Source: Octopus vulgaris | Lineage: Eukaryota | NCBI GenBank assembly: GCA_951406725.2 | Contig: OX597832.1 | Coordinates: forward strand, 30,318,001 to 30,382,000 | DNA: 64,000 nucleotides | Direction of reading: 5' to 3' | Shown: piece after piece, positions 1-37,606 of the stretch | Numbering within the stretch: position 1 is the stretch's first letter | Layout: each line of letters begins with the position of its first letter | The notes under the pieces: generated by a model | What the model saw: the letters and a program-made list of their open reading frames with translations, nothing else | Database searches by the model: none | What the model was told of the DNA's origin: nothing | Translations under genes and position numbers: made by a program

Positions 1-254
1 ACTTCATGGTGACTTAAGGAGAGGAAAATGTCATCACACAACTTGATTGCAGGCAGTGTCCTGGAATATACCCAGGACATCGAGGTAGTGATGAGGGGCC
101 GAGAAGTGGGGTGGGTGGGCTTTGTTATTATTCCAACCTGGCCATTATAATAATAAAATAAATACATTTCTGGCCTTTTGAAGACAAATAGTGCCGAGTC
201 TTTAGGAAATTAGAAAATCTAAAAATCTAACTAGATTTTTGTTAATCTTTTCAG

Positions 255-23643
<23,389 letters not shown>

Positions 23644-24378
23644 ATGATTGTTACCCCTTCTCCCAGATTTTGCATTTTGTTCCTTCATTATGTTATTGAA
23701 AGGCTATTTCATTTGTGTCAAGGGTCCATCCACACTCACCCACACAAATATATAAAGCCATGTAATGATATTTCTTGTGTAAATTCAATATTCTGTAAAT
23801 ATACATATTATGTACATCTAAATATATTCTCTCTCTCTCTCTCTTTCTGCGTGTGTGTGTATATACACACACACACACACACACACATATATACAATGAG
23901 ATATGATTCTTTTGACACATACATTGAAGCTATATCATTGTTTCCCAATTATTGTTTATCAACATGAAATTACTGAAAATATTTCTTTGAAGTTTTTCTT
24001 TTGTCCATTTTCCATTTATAAGATTCCTCCCTCCTTCGGTTTTAATTCTTCCATTCCCCTACTGGTGTGTTAAACCAATTCTCCAAATGAGGGCTTACAT
24101 TAAACTTCTGTGACTAATCTGTTTTTTAATGCTCCCCCCACACACATGCACAATAGGGAGGACATCCAACCATAGAAACTAAATTCAAACTGGAATATAT
24201 GAGTGAGGCATGGTCTGCAACCCCTCCAAGAGGGCAGGAATCCCAAATAAGATTTTGGTCTCTGGTGTTCCATCCAAACATTGTCAGCATGGACAACACA
24301 CACACACACATAAGGTCATGTGGTGTAAACAAATATATTTTATACAAATTATGATGATGATGATGAATTTAACGAACA

Positions 24379-24384
24379 AATAAA
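24379..24384 (+). terminator. Probable POLA1 polyadenylation signal AATAAA
   Basis: AATAAA about 740 nt after the stop, followed by a T/GT-rich tract (ttttattcatttagtgtttggttttgtt). Confidence 0.5.
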
Positions 24385-24714
24385 ATATTTATTTTTATTC
24401 ATTTAGTGTTTGGTTTTGTTTTTTCAAAAATCTGCCCAGTGTCTGTCTGTCTGTCTGTCATCATTCATGCTATCATTAGGTTAATGATGATGATTATGTA
24501 GAAATGTCTGTGTATTGAAAAATACTGAGAGAAGAACTTCATCTTTATTAAGGTCCCTCCAACAGTGACCTCCACCTTCAACAATGCCATTCCAGCAGAA
24601 CTTCATCTTCAGCCCCTCTCCAATAATAACCTTCACCTTCAACGATGTCCTTCCACTGGTGACATCCACCTTGACAATATCACCCAATCCAATGTTTGTG
24701 ACATATTTTCCATA

Positions 24715-25085
24715 GGCGCAGGAGTGGCTGTGGGGTAAGTAGCTTGCTTAAAACAACCACATGGTTCCGGGTTCAGTCCCACTGCGTGGCACCTTGTGCA
24801 AGTGTCTTCTACTATAGCCTCGGGCCGACCAAAACCTTGTGAGTGGATTTGGTAGATGGAAACTGAAAGAAGCCCGTTGTATATATATGTGTGTCTGTGT
24901 TTGTCCCCCCCACCAACATCGCTTGATGCTGGTATGTTTACGTCCCCGTAACTTAGCGGTGTGGAAAAAGAGACCAATAGAATAAGTATTAGGCTTACAA
25001 AGAATAAGTCCTGGTGTCGATTTGCTCGACTAAAGGCGGTGCTCCAGCATAGCCGCAGTCAAATGACTGAAACAATTAAAGAGTA
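24715..25085 (+). mobile_element. Family-B SINE, full length
   Basis: GGCGCAGGAGTGGCTGTGGGGTAAG head, GGTTCAGTCCC B-box, shared 3' end. Confidence 0.9.
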
Positions 25086-25089
25086 ATTC

Positions 25090-26110
25090 CTCTCAGAACA
25101 ATAGACAAATATTTCCTTGTTTTGTGTAAAAGGAATTTCTATAAAAGCTGTGTCCTAATAAAATAATTTCGTGAATAAAAAAGACTCTCACCAGACCTGT
25201 TGAAGACTTTATTGAAGGAAGGACCAATGGTAAATTATATTGAAGGGCAGGTTCTGTGCAGATTTGGAGTGTATTGGGGCCGGAGGAGAGAAAGAACCCA
25301 ATGGTGATGGGGAAGAGTAGATCTGGCTCCGCAGATTCTGTAGTGGTGGTCATTGAAGAGGGAAAAACAGTATTTGTTTTGTACCTCTTCCTTGATTTCG
25401 AATTGCAGTGTGATCAAATTTGCCTTTTATCCTTTGAGGGTCGATAATGTTCATGATTGGTAGAGAGAACAGAATTATCCCATTGTCGGGGAAAAAAAAA
25501 CACCTTGCTATATGAGTTTGTGTTTTGAGTCGAAATTCAACCAAGAGATTCTAATCTCACAGGTAGCAAGGGGCCTCTCGCCTAACCACGTGACCACAAT
25601 TATAAAAGTCGTAATGGGTGGAGGAGGAGGGGGAGGATATCGTCTGCGTTGAACGATGAAGATATTTGGGAATGAACCTCTTCGGGGCTGTGCTAGAGAT
25701 GTGGAAGTCCATGCCTAGGAAGGTGCTAGTGACCAGTGACCACATTGAGATGTAGGAAAGTTGTAGTGACCACACAACTGTCTGGAATAAGTCAAAGTAG
25801 AAGCAGACGATCTCCGAAAGGTAAGTAGTTGAGAATTGTCGGGTCTCTGACTGAATGAAGAGCAGCAGACGGTTTGTGAGGTTTGCTTAAACAAAAGTGA
25901 CCCACGACCCAACGGGTTGGGACTCTTGAGTGCTGGGTTAGGACTGGAGGGGAAGAAGATATCGATTAAAAAAGTGTTTGGAGGACCGATCAGGGTTACA
26001 GAGTAAATAAAAGGGTGCGACGGGTGGCTGTTTCGAACAGTATTTAATTTGGCTCTTTCAAAAAGTAAGAAACAAAGAGAAGTTGTGTTAAATGACTTTG
26101 GATAGTGTAT
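25090..26110 (-). mobile_element. Degenerate LINE ORF1 (gag-like, I/Jockey group) remnant
   Basis: Frameshifted ...PITIGFF/SLLRPQYTPNLHRTC resembles the ORF1 motif IKIGYL..VRPYIPNPLRC; multiple stops. Confidence 0.4.
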
Positions 26111-26886
26111 TAAGGAGTTGAGGTAAAATATAGATTAAACTTCAACAATATTTTTCGAGCTATGAACAATTTTCATCAAAACAATGAAATAATTTGTCGA
26201 ACTTATTGTAAAGCTGCATGATAAACAACATTGTTTTATCTTCCCATTCGGGGTCAGCACAAAATAGTTTGTTTCCATTCCCTTATCATCGAAGAACCAA
26301 CTTATAGCTGGCCGTAGGCAACAATAAATTAACCTTTTAAAAGTTCAACGATAATTCTTCTGCCGCCACTAAATTTAAAGACAATTTGATGTGCTTAGGC
26401 CTTATTTTTCGTACAAACAATTAATTGTAGTAACTGGTACTTATTTAAACTCCTAGTTTAAGTTTGAAGGAACATAACACCACTGTCGCTAAACACTATT
26501 TTAAAGTGCCATTTTTATGGTTTGGAATGTCTCTAAACGTATTTGACCAAAAAATTTGTTTGGAATTTATTATTTTTTAAGGTAATAATAAAATTAGTCG
26601 AATCTATTTTCCTGCAGTCGGAATGCGTTAAGCTTCCTAACCCCAACAAATTTTATTAATATCTGAAAAAATACGAAGTTTCCAACATTTTTGTGGTAAA
26701 GAATTATGATGAGAGTTCGGCAAGTATTTCATTTCCGAACGTTACGAAGCTCGTTTTATGGTGAAATTATTTGATACAGTTTTAATATTTAGAGAAAGAT
26801 TTCTTTTTCAAAATGTTTATTTAGGAAATAGTTATAATATTTAGAGAAATATTTTTTTCAAAATGTTAGGATTAAGAAGAAACCAA

Positions 26887-27155
26887 GTGGAGGCACATGG
26901 CCTAGTGGTTAGAGCAGCGGCCGATGTGTGTGTTTATGAGCGAAACACCTGAGCTCCACGCGGCTCCGGCAGAAGATAATGGCGATCGTCTGCTGCGTCT
27001 TTCGCCACAACTCTCTCTCTCTCTCTCTCACTTTTCCTCCTGCATCTTGCAGCTCACCAGCGACGGACCGGCGTCCTGTCCAGGTGGGGAACCTATACGC
27101 CAAAGAAACCGGGAAACCGGCCCTTATTAGCCAGGTATGGCTCGAGAAGGAACAA
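26887..27155 (+). mobile_element. Family-D SINE with internal deletion of the B-box segment
   Basis: Colinear with 59310-59607 except for about 40 nt missing from the tRNA head. Confidence 0.85.
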
Positions 27156-29003
27156 AGAAGAAGAAGAAACCAAGAATGAAGAACAGTAAAAGAATCATTG
27201 AATAGTGAGAGATGGTGTCGGAGGAGTAAAGTTGAGAAAGTGTGACGCACTGACATTCGCTTTCGCATTTATTATTATAGAAGTGACAGAGATCCAGATT
27301 AGAAGTCCGTGGATGCTTGTAAGTTAATGGTGAGTGAGGTCCAACCTGGAAAGACCAGGTTTTGATAGAAAGAAAAGAGGATTGACCAGTGGATAATGTT
27401 CTTTCAATGTTTTGTTTTTGTTTTCTTTGGAGTTAGTCATGGAAAAAATGGTGAATGTTAAACTTGTGAGGCGAAGATGACGGCAAGACTCATCTTTCGG
27501 TATATTGTAGAATTTACTCCTGTTGGGTTGGGATTTTGAGATGGTGAATCGTCTGCCTGAGGTTTCTCATCTCTCGAAGAAACTGTCATACTATAATCAG
27601 TTCGATATATGATTGAAATGAAGCGAAATTACTTCAACCGGGAGAGGACGCCAGCTCAAAAACCTCGGCTATCCAGGAATTATTCCAAAAGATATTTGCA
27701 ATATTTTAACTGTTTAAACAATGGGGCAAGATCGTGACTTTTTAAAATCAATGTATGACATTATGTTATCGATTCGATACTGTTTTTATTTCAACCTATT
27801 TCTGTAAAATCCAGGGAGGACATTTCCTCGAAGTCTTCTGCTGATTCATACAGCATTTAGACCACAACATCTCACCAAATGTCGTCTGTAATAATCCTGT
27901 ACTCCGAACTTAAGAAATTTCAAGGATTTAAGGAATTTTATAAAGAATCCATAAAGTGGTTTATATTTGCTGAAGACGAAGGCTTCTAAAATAGAGAAAA
28001 GCACAACATTTTGTTTGCTGGAAGAGAAGTTACACTAAATTTGGATTTGAGCCCAAAGTCATACGACATCAAGGCCAAATATATTTTGATATATCTAGTT
28101 TATTTAATTGGTGGCTATAAAGTATTGGCCAAAGAAAATTTACTGCATACTTTGTTTTGTCTAATCAATAACAGGGAACGCGATGACCGAATCAATGATA
28201 TGCGGGAAAACAAGAGGTTAGCGGTTCGCGTCTGAACAGAGACACTGTGTTGTATCCATGGCTGAAGTATTTACCATTTGTTTCACTTAGTTACCAAATA
28301 TATTATAGAATTCATTCATATTTTGACGGATACAGTCGCTAAGTATCTCAGGATTGAACCAGTTACAATTGCTAACTGACATTAGACACAGCAGGTTAGA
28401 TTATGTAGTCTAAGGATTTATATTATGTCCGAAAGAAAAAAATGGGATGCTCATGTTTGGAACATCTGTAATTGAAAGTTTGCTCAGTCAAAAACTAACC
28501 CGGGGCGAAACAACAAGTGAAAACACTACCGTCTGCTTCCCCCAATACAATGCCAGGCATCTCAGTGTGACAAGCGACATTTTAAAAGTCGATATCGTCT
28601 GTTTGAAAAATAACATGAAGAATGTCTGACCAACTTGATAATCGTGCGGCAATGTTTGTAGTTTGACTTCCCCGTGGCCAGTTGCATGGTTGGTTCTTAT
28701 CGACTTTTGACAGCTGCGGATTCCTTTGCTTGACCCCTCCTAAATATTTACCTCTTCAAATTTAGATTAAATTAAGGGGGAAAGGATGTGGGAGGGGGGG
28801 TTAAAGACATAAGATAAACAATTTAGAAGGACGAATTATTTATTCTTTTTATCTGCCGAGCCGTGGATTCACCTTGACCAGTGTGAACAAGCGAGGAAAA
28901 TGTATTCGGGGTGTTTATGGTTTCCAATAAAAAGAAATGATTTGTTGTAAATCTCTAAACACCGGGATGGGGGTTGGGGAGAAAAATAGGGGCTGTACTT
29001 CAT

Positions 29004-29088
<85 letters not shown>

Positions 29089-29340
29089 TTTTTCATTTTT
29101 AAATTCTTTTTGTTGTCGTCATTTGACTGCGGCCATGCTGGAGCACTACCTTTAGTCGAGCAAATCGACCCCAGGGCTTATTCTTTGTAAGCCTAGTACT
29201 TATTCTATCGGTCCCTTTTTTTTTTTGCCGAACCGTTAAATTACGGGGACGTAAACATACCAGCATCGGTTGTCAAGCGATGTTGCGTTGACAAACACAG
29301 ACACACAAACATATACACGCACACACATTAATGTGTGTGC

Positions 29341-29380
<40 letters not shown>

Positions 29381-29533
29381 GACGGACTTATTTCAGTTTC
29401 CGTCTACCAAATTCACTCACAAGGCTTTTGGTCGGCCCGAAGCTATAGTATGACACTTGCCCAAGGGGCCACGCAGTGGGACTGAACCCTGAACCATGTG
29501 ATTGGTAAGCAAGCTACTTACAACACAGCCACA

Positions 29534-29578
<45 letters not shown>

Positions 29579-29885
29579 TATACATTGTGTGTGTGTGTGT
29601 GTGTGTTTGTGAAGTGTTTGAAGTGTTTTATATATTACGAGAAAAAAGAGGTAGTGACGATTTGGGTAAGGGCTATTTATTTAATCCAGTCCTATCGTCC
29701 CTTTTAGGAATTCATCATGAATAGATATTCGCTAAATAAATAAATAGTCCTTATCCAAACCCTGACTACTTCCTGTCATCGAGCAACGGTTACATATCAT
29801 AACCCGAATAAGTGGACAACTGATCAGCGATATAAAGACACAACCGCTCGATTTCTCATATTGACCGTGTACACATATAGTATAC

Positions 29886-29949
<64 letters not shown>

Positions 29950-30327
29950 GAAAGAGAGAGAGAGATGCAGATAAACGAACACGTTTGGGCTTGATGTATG
30001 AAATAAAGAAACATCCGTACATATGTGTAAATCTAATTGGGACTCATAGGTTGATTGAAACAAAAGATATTCATCCGATGAACCCTGATGTATAATAAGC
30101 ATGTCGGGACTTATATTGTTCATTTACTTGTTTCAGTCGTTTGACTACGACCATGTTGGAGCACCGCCTTTTAGTCGAAGAAATTTACCTCCCTGGACTT
30201 ATTCTTGGTAAGCCTGGTAATTATTTTATCGGGCTCTTTTGCCGAACCGCTAAGTTACGGTGACGAAACACATCAGCACCGATTAAATGATGGTGGGGGA
30301 CAAACACATATCCATATATATATATAT

Positions 30328-30486
30328 GGAGTGGCTGTGTGGTAAGTAGCTTGCTAACCAACCATATGGTTCCGGGTACAGTCCCACTGCGTGGCATCTT
30401 GGGCAAGTGTCTTCTGCTATAGCCCCGGGCCGACCAATGCCTTGTGAGTGGATTTGGTAGACGGAAACTGAAAGAAGCCTGTCGTA

Positions 30487-30555
<69 letters not shown>

Positions 30556-30756
30556 CTGTGGTTGTCCCCCTAGCATTGCTTGACAACCGATGCTGGTTTG
30601 TTTACGTCCCCGTCACTTAGCGGTTTGGCAAAAGAGACCGATAGAATAAGTACTGGGCTTACAAAGAATAAGTCTCGGGGTCGATTTGCTCGACTAAAGG
30701 TGGTGCTCCAGCATGGCCGCAGTCAAATGACTGAAACAAGTAAAAGAGTAAAGAGT
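30328..30756 (+). mobile_element. Family-B SINE
   Basis: Matches family-B consensus. Confidence 0.9.
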
Positions 30757-30885
30757 ATATATATATATATATATATATGTGTATACAAAATAAGAAAATG
30801 GAGGAATAAATTTTAAGGGTTACACTCACAATATATTTTATATATATATTTTAGAGGGTTACACTCACAACCCCTATCTCACTTT

Positions 30886-31233
30886 GTAAAGGGTAAAGAC
30901 CCCCTTCGGTCATGTGTGACCATGGGTTTGCACCTAGAGAGTTACCCTCTGAGGCACAAGTCTGGGCAAGGTTGTTTTTATGGAAGACCAGCAGTCGCCC
31001 ATGCATACCGGCCTCCCCTCTCCACGCCACCAGTGTTATCCAAGGGAAAGACAAAGGTCGATACAGCTTGGCACCAGTGACGTCGCAACTCATTTCTACA
31101 GCTGAGTGAACTGGAGCAACGTGAAATAAAGTGCTTTGCTCAAGAACACAACACGCAGCCCGGTCCGGGATTCGAACTCACAACCTCACGATCGTAAGCT
31201 CGACGCTCTAACCACTGAGCCATGCGCCTCCAC
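30886..31233 (-). mobile_element. tRNA-derived SINE, family E
   Basis: Head GTGGAGGCGCATGGCTCAGTGGTTAGAGC...GTTCGAATCCC; 3' half repeated at 61561-61716(+); related central segment at about 44765-45035(+). Confidence 0.85.
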
Positions 31234-31269
31234 ATGTAATTGAAACAAAATCTTTTGTTTCACTTTGTA

Positions 31270-31300
<31 letters not shown>

Positions 31301-31419
31301 ACGGTTTTAAATTGATTTGGTACACAATATTATGAATTGTCGGTGTCAGCAGTTGTAACGATAATTATTTTGTTATTATTAATTGCATGTTGTAAGATGT
31401 TAAAGATAGACATTTCACT

Positions 31420-31490
<71 letters not shown>

Positions 31491-32084
31491 TGTGTGTGTG
31501 TAGTGACTCCATGTAGGCATAGCATATATGATATATATGCGACGGGCTTCTTTCAGTTTCCGTCTGTCAAATCCACTCACAAGGGCTTTGGTCTGACCGA
31601 GGTTGTTGTAGAAGACACTTGCCCAAGATGCCACACGGTGGGACTGAACCTGGAACCATGTGGTTGGGAAGCAAGCATCTTACTACACAGCCGCTCCTGC
31701 ACCTATTTGCAAAATATATATTAATTTATATGGAATACAGAAATCTAAAGGGAGAAGGCTTTAAGACCGAATGTTGTTCCTGGTTGCTCGGAGTTATGTC
31801 ATAGTTGTAATGACAGATGGAGTGTGCAAAAATGCCAGGATATGCCACCCGTAGAGGAGGATTATCTTTCCATCCTGATGAAGGGAGCCGGTGTTATGGT
31901 AATGTTTATATGCATCCTCTACTGGTTGCATATCCTGTCTTAGGTAGGAAAGATTTTTTGGTGGCTGTGCGAAAGCCACACCAAGCAGAATATATTCATC
32001 CCTTTTAAAATAAAGATTGTTGGTGGAATATTCCAATAAAAATATGGACCCGTTCAAAGTACAACCGGCCAGATATTGTTTCTA

Positions 32085-32441
32085 CTCTGGACACAAAGCC
32101 CGAAATTTGGGGGGAGGGGGCAAATCGATTAAATCGACCCCGAAAGGATGAAAGGCAAAGTCGACCTCGGCGGAATTTGAACTCAGAACATAAAGACAGA
32201 TGAAATATCTATTTCTTTACTACCCACAAGGGGCTACACACAGAGGGGACAAACAAAGACAGACAAACGGATTAAGTCGATTACATCGACCCCAGTGCGT
32301 AACTGGTACTTATTTAATCGACCTCGAAAAGATGAAAGGCAAAGTCGACCGCGGCGGAATTTGAACTCACAACGTAACGGCAGACGAAATACTGCTAAGC
32401 ATTTCGCCCGGCGTGCTAACGTTTCTGCCAGCTCGTCGCCT
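32085..32441 (-). mobile_element. Family-A SINE (full copy plus partial second unit)
   Basis: Reverse complement of the 4882 element. Confidence 0.85.
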
Positions 32442-33942
32442 TAATAGGAATCAGAGGGGTTACCTATGGACCTCTCTGATTCCTATTTCGCTCTACTGGA
32501 CCTTCATGCAAAAAGAAAAAATCCCCATTATTATTTTTATAATTAAATATTATTAGGGACTGATGTAACAAAAATTGTGAAAATATTTATACAAGTAAAT
32601 GCAATTTACTGAGTATAAACTTTGACAACAAAACCTTACATGAAACCCCCTCGCCCTCGTCCCCCGGCAAAGGGCCGTAGGGACCCCGTTTGTGAACCGC
32701 GGGGCTTGATTAAAGGATTATCAGAAGTGAACGAACTGATGGTGGGGAAGTGGTGACAGGGGTGGAGATGAATAAAAGCGAGGATTAAGAGGGGGGAAGG
32801 TGGAGTAGGAAGTGAATGGCTAATCTTTGATAAGGAACAGAACAAGGCGTGGAATAAGATTGTGTGGCGTTCATTCTGTGTTTTATTTATTTATTTATTA
32901 TTTTTTTTTCCGTGAGGAAAAGTTTAAGTTAATGACGTCGCGCGAGTGAAGTATCCTTAACCATGACTTGAAACCACGACGCCAGCTGAACTGACTGGGA
33001 GTTTATCAGGTTAAATGGTGTAGATTTGATAAGAAGAAGAAGAAAGAGAAGTGATATAGAGATAGTAGGGGGTGATGAACGGAGGGCGAGGGGCTGGAGG
33101 GGGGCTGGCAATTGGTTTGCAATGGTATGTGTAGTCGGTGATGGAACACGAGTGCAGGTATTGTGTAAATGTATCGATCGGTGGTCATTAGCTAAAACTT
33201 GATTCTACCCCGCTTTTCAGTGATTATGGCCAACTTCATTGGACGCTGCACATTTTAAAGTGATTGCTCTCTTCTAGCGGGAGTCGGTTATATTATTTAG
33301 TAGCCAGTTGCCAGAGGTCCATTGTGTTCTCAAGTGGCCGGCAAGAATAGATCGTCCGCCGAACAACAACGGAACTGCACTAAACTATTAATGACTGCTG
33401 ATATAGTCGAGCAGAAGAATTAAACATTAATTGGCTACATTCAGGAGCGTGGAGATTAGCTGATGAATTCTCGATCAAAGGGCCGGGCCGGGCCGGGTCC
33501 CACCACCACAACCACAGCCAATACCACAGCCACCTGCAACAACAACAACAACACCAGTAATAACAATAACACAAAAAAACTGTGCAGACAACAGTTAAAC
33601 CACGCCATTGACTCGACGCTTTCCTTTTCTTTTCCTTTTCCTTTTTCCTTTTTTTTTTTTGTGTGAGATTCGGTGCGTTATGGTGGAACTAATAGAGCGT
33701 GCTTGACTGCTTCTCCTAAATAGACCGATGAAATATAGATTGTATTAGGGCTGTTATACAAATAATCCATTATTAACAAATGTACATGACATAATAAAGA
33801 GAAAACAGATTTCGTTAGATTTTAGAGTAAAAAAAAATATAGACAAACAAACAAAAACTACAGGCTGATTTGTTGGTGTTTCTTTTCTGTTGGTGTAAAT
33901 AAAAGATTGTTTTGAACACATTAGCTTCCATGAGTAATTTCA

Positions 33943-33975
<33 letters not shown>

Positions 33976-34021
33976 CCGTAAACCTGCCTTCGTCTTTTGT
34001 CTATTTTCATAAAGCTTCCCG

Positions 34022-34122
<101 letters not shown>

Positions 34123-35624
34123 ATCTTGCTATAGATAGGAACACACACCGCTATCATCATCATCATCACAACAAGCGCTACATCAACATCATCACCATCA
34201 CCACCACCATCATCATCATCATAATGCTAGCCTATAGCTAGAGTGGATATTAATTTCACGTGTGGCTCAGTCTTTGTGTGCCAGGACCAGGCCAGAGTGA
34301 CTCAGTGGTTTGAGATGGCACAAACGAAAGACAGTCTTCAAGGCGAGTCGTTTCCGTGGACTCCGGCTCCTTATCAACGGTAAATTCTTATAGAAGATGG
34401 GGGTGAATTCTACAAGTTATTAAAAGACATTTGTCAGTTACACAGCCTGGAGAGGACCCTTCCCTCTCGATCCTCCCAGGAATAGAGGGCAGAAAAGATG
34501 GATGGGTGGATAGACGGGTGGACGGATAGAGTGATGGATGGATGGATGGACACTGTCTGTAGATGTTTCCAACGTTGAACTGTGTCCACTTGGCACCTGT
34601 TTGCAGTTTGGTCAACAGAGACAAGATTTAAGCACTTTGGATGTAGACACAGTCTGACTCTCCCAGCGTGATACAAACAAGTGAATTCACTGAGATTTAG
34701 ACGTTAACCGAAAGCATTTGCTCAAATTGCATCTTAACTCTGGAGCCTTTTAAACGTAAAATCGCTTCAAATATTTAAGATACAGTTTGGAAATACTCAT
34801 GTGTTACGTAGATACAATAGTTGGCTTGAGGAGAGATGAGATTGTATGGTTTTCGTGCATTTCTCAAGGACATACGCGCAGGCATGGCTGTGGGGTAAGA
34901 AGCTTGCTTCCCAGCCACATGGTTCCGGGTTCAGTTCCACTGTGTGGCACCTTGGGTAAGTCGACCTCGACGGAATTTGAACTCAGAACGTAATGGCAGA
35001 CGAAATACCTATTTCTTTACTACCCATCTGGGGCTAAACACAGAGAGGACAAACAAGGACAGACAAACGGATTAAGTCGATTATATAGACCCCAGTGTGT
35101 AACTGGTATTTATTTAAATCGACCCCGAAAGGATGAAAGGCAAAGTCGACCTCGGCGGAATTTGAACCTTCATCTTAAAGACGTATGAAATGCTGCCAAG
35201 GCATTTTGGCTGGTGTGTTAAACGATTTTACCAAGTTCGCCGCCTTATTTGAATGTAAATATTTATATCAGTTTTTGGCACAAGGCCAGCAATGTTGGGG
35301 TCGGAAATATGTCATTTACACCGACCCCACTACTCAACTGGTACTTATTTCCTCGACGCCGAATGGATGAGAGGTAAATTCGACCTAGTCGGAATTTGAA
35401 CTTAGAACTTAAAGACGGACGAAATGTCACAAATCATTTTACCCGACGTTCAAATAATAATGGTCCCTTCTGCAACAGGCACAAGGCTTGGAGATCTGGG
35501 GAGAGGGGCTTGCCGATTATTGTCCCTAGTGCTTCACTGTTACTTAATTTATCAGCTCTGAAATAAGTTCACCGCGACAGCATTTAAACTCAGACCATAA
35601 AGACATGACGAAGCTAATGATAAT

Positions 35625-35996
35625 AACAAGAACATTCAGAGAGCGCAAACCTCCGCCAAGGCAACACCAACGCCCTCCCAACGATTAGCCGCAGACGATT
35701 TTTAAGATGAGAATATCTGAAATAAACTTGAATGCTCTCACAAACGAGAATACTAAAAATGAACTTGATTGCTCTCAAGAATTAAGAAAAAAACAATGAA
35801 AAATAATCCAGAATCCTTGTCCGGTATCGGATCGATCCCATAATCTAATCAGTTCATGCCAGTATGAGGTCAAGCCTCCCTGAAAGTTTCATCCGAATCC
35901 ATCCAGCAGTTCTTGAGATATCTGGTCCACGGACAAACGAACGAACAAACATGACTGAAAACAATATCTCGGCCTTCGCTAAGGCGGAGATAATAA
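35625..35996 (-). mobile_element. Helentron-associated/DINE-1-like non-autonomous element
   Basis: Subterminal inverted repeats CTCCGCC/GGCGGAG, terminal hairpin TATCTC-GGCCTTCGCTAAGGCG-GAGATA, internal (GTTC)n microsatellite, TT flanks. Confidence 0.7.
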
Positions 35997-36000
35997 CAAC

Positions 36001-36049
<49 letters not shown>

Positions 36050-36389
36050 GTTTCAAATTTTGCCACAAGGGCAGCAATTTTGGGAGAGGGGATGAGTCGA
36101 TTAAGTCGACCCTAGTATTCAACTGGTATTTTATCGACCTCCGAAAAGATGAAAGGTAAAGTCGATCTCGGCGGAATTTGAACTGAGAACGTAGTAGCAA
36201 CGGACGAAATGCCGTTTAGCGGTTTTACCCGACGTGCTAACGATTCTGCCAGCTCGGCGCCGGTGCTTGGGAAATATTCAGCCGCGGAAAAAGTTTCCAT
36301 TTTACACAAGACGCATAAAATAAAAGCGGGCAAAGTGTGGTTGCACGACCAACTCACGTATAATGCATACATCTAATATGCAGACTAGA

Positions 36390-36990
36390 TGCACAAATAC
36401 ATACAAGTACATGCATATGTAAATACTATACATGTTACATACACACACGCATACATACACACTCACATAAATACATATATAAATATATACATACATATTT
36501 GCATACATACATACATACATATATGCATATATATACGCCACACTTACACACATACATACATATATGAATGCATACACACACATACATACATGCATCCATA
36601 CACACACATACATATTCACACACATACATACACATACATACATATATACATCGATACACAGATACATTCATATATGCATACACATACATACATACGTACA
36701 CATACATTCATACATACATACATATATACATACATTCATACACACACATGCATACTCCCACACATACATACATACACGCACATACATTCATACACACACA
36801 TACATACTCCCACATACATACATGCACACACATACATACACATACATGCATACACACACATACGTATATACATACATACATATATACATACACATATATA
36901 TAAATACTCACACGTACATACACACTAACATACATGCATACATACATACACACATACATATATACATACACACACACACATACATTACAT
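36390..36990. repeat. Compound (CATA/CA/TA)n microsatellite
   Basis: Direct reading. Confidence 0.95.
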
Positions 36991-37185
36991 ACAGCCTTCA
37001 CCTGCATACAGGTGTATGTCTGCACGAATAAATCTTTTATCTTTAACTTGTTTTAGTCATTAGACTGCGCCCATGCTGGGGCACCGCCTTGAAGAATTCC
37101 TTATCGAACGTATCGACCACAGAACTGATTTTCCTACATTTTATTGCCTACATTTTATTCTGTCAGTCTTTCGTTGCCGAACAGA

Positions 37186-37282
<97 letters not shown>

Positions 37283-37295
37283 TTGTGTGTGTGTA

Positions 37296-37576
37296 AAATT
37301 AATAATGAAAATAGGGAAGGAAAATTATAATAGACACTTGGTTAATTTCTTTTGTATCACAATGGGAAAGTAATGCAAAGTAAAAGTGGTACCAAGGATG
37401 AGGATAAAAGGAACCGGAGCAACGAAACAATATTTTGGGGTTGTTTCGTTGCTCCGGTTCCTTTTATCCTCATCCTTGGTATCCCTTTTACTCTGCATTA
37501 CTTTCCCATTGTGATACAAATGAAATTAACTAAGTTTCTATTATATTTTTTCTTCTCCATCGTCTTTTATTAATTT
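37296..37576. repeat. Long inverted repeat, arms about 135 bp, 10-nt loop
   Basis: 37390-37430 is the exact reverse complement of 37441-37481; imperfect pairing continues outward. Confidence 0.95.
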
Positions 37577-37606
37577 CATAAGTTATTAAGACTGTTTGTA
37601 CACATA

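Noticed and set aside
27700-28750. Possible decayed pogo/DDE transposase (fragments like LYPWLKY, FDGYS)
   Set aside because: Too degenerate to support by eye; needs a translated HMM search.
31150-31233. tRNA-like sequences (also 59530-59607)
   Set aside because: They are SINE heads continuing into SINE bodies (one with a TSD); no proper acceptor stem.
33463-33666. Low-complexity Thr/Asn or His/Gln-like ORF beside the GC-rich island
   Set aside because: Derived from CAC/CAA trinucleotide repeats; no convincing splice sites or domain.
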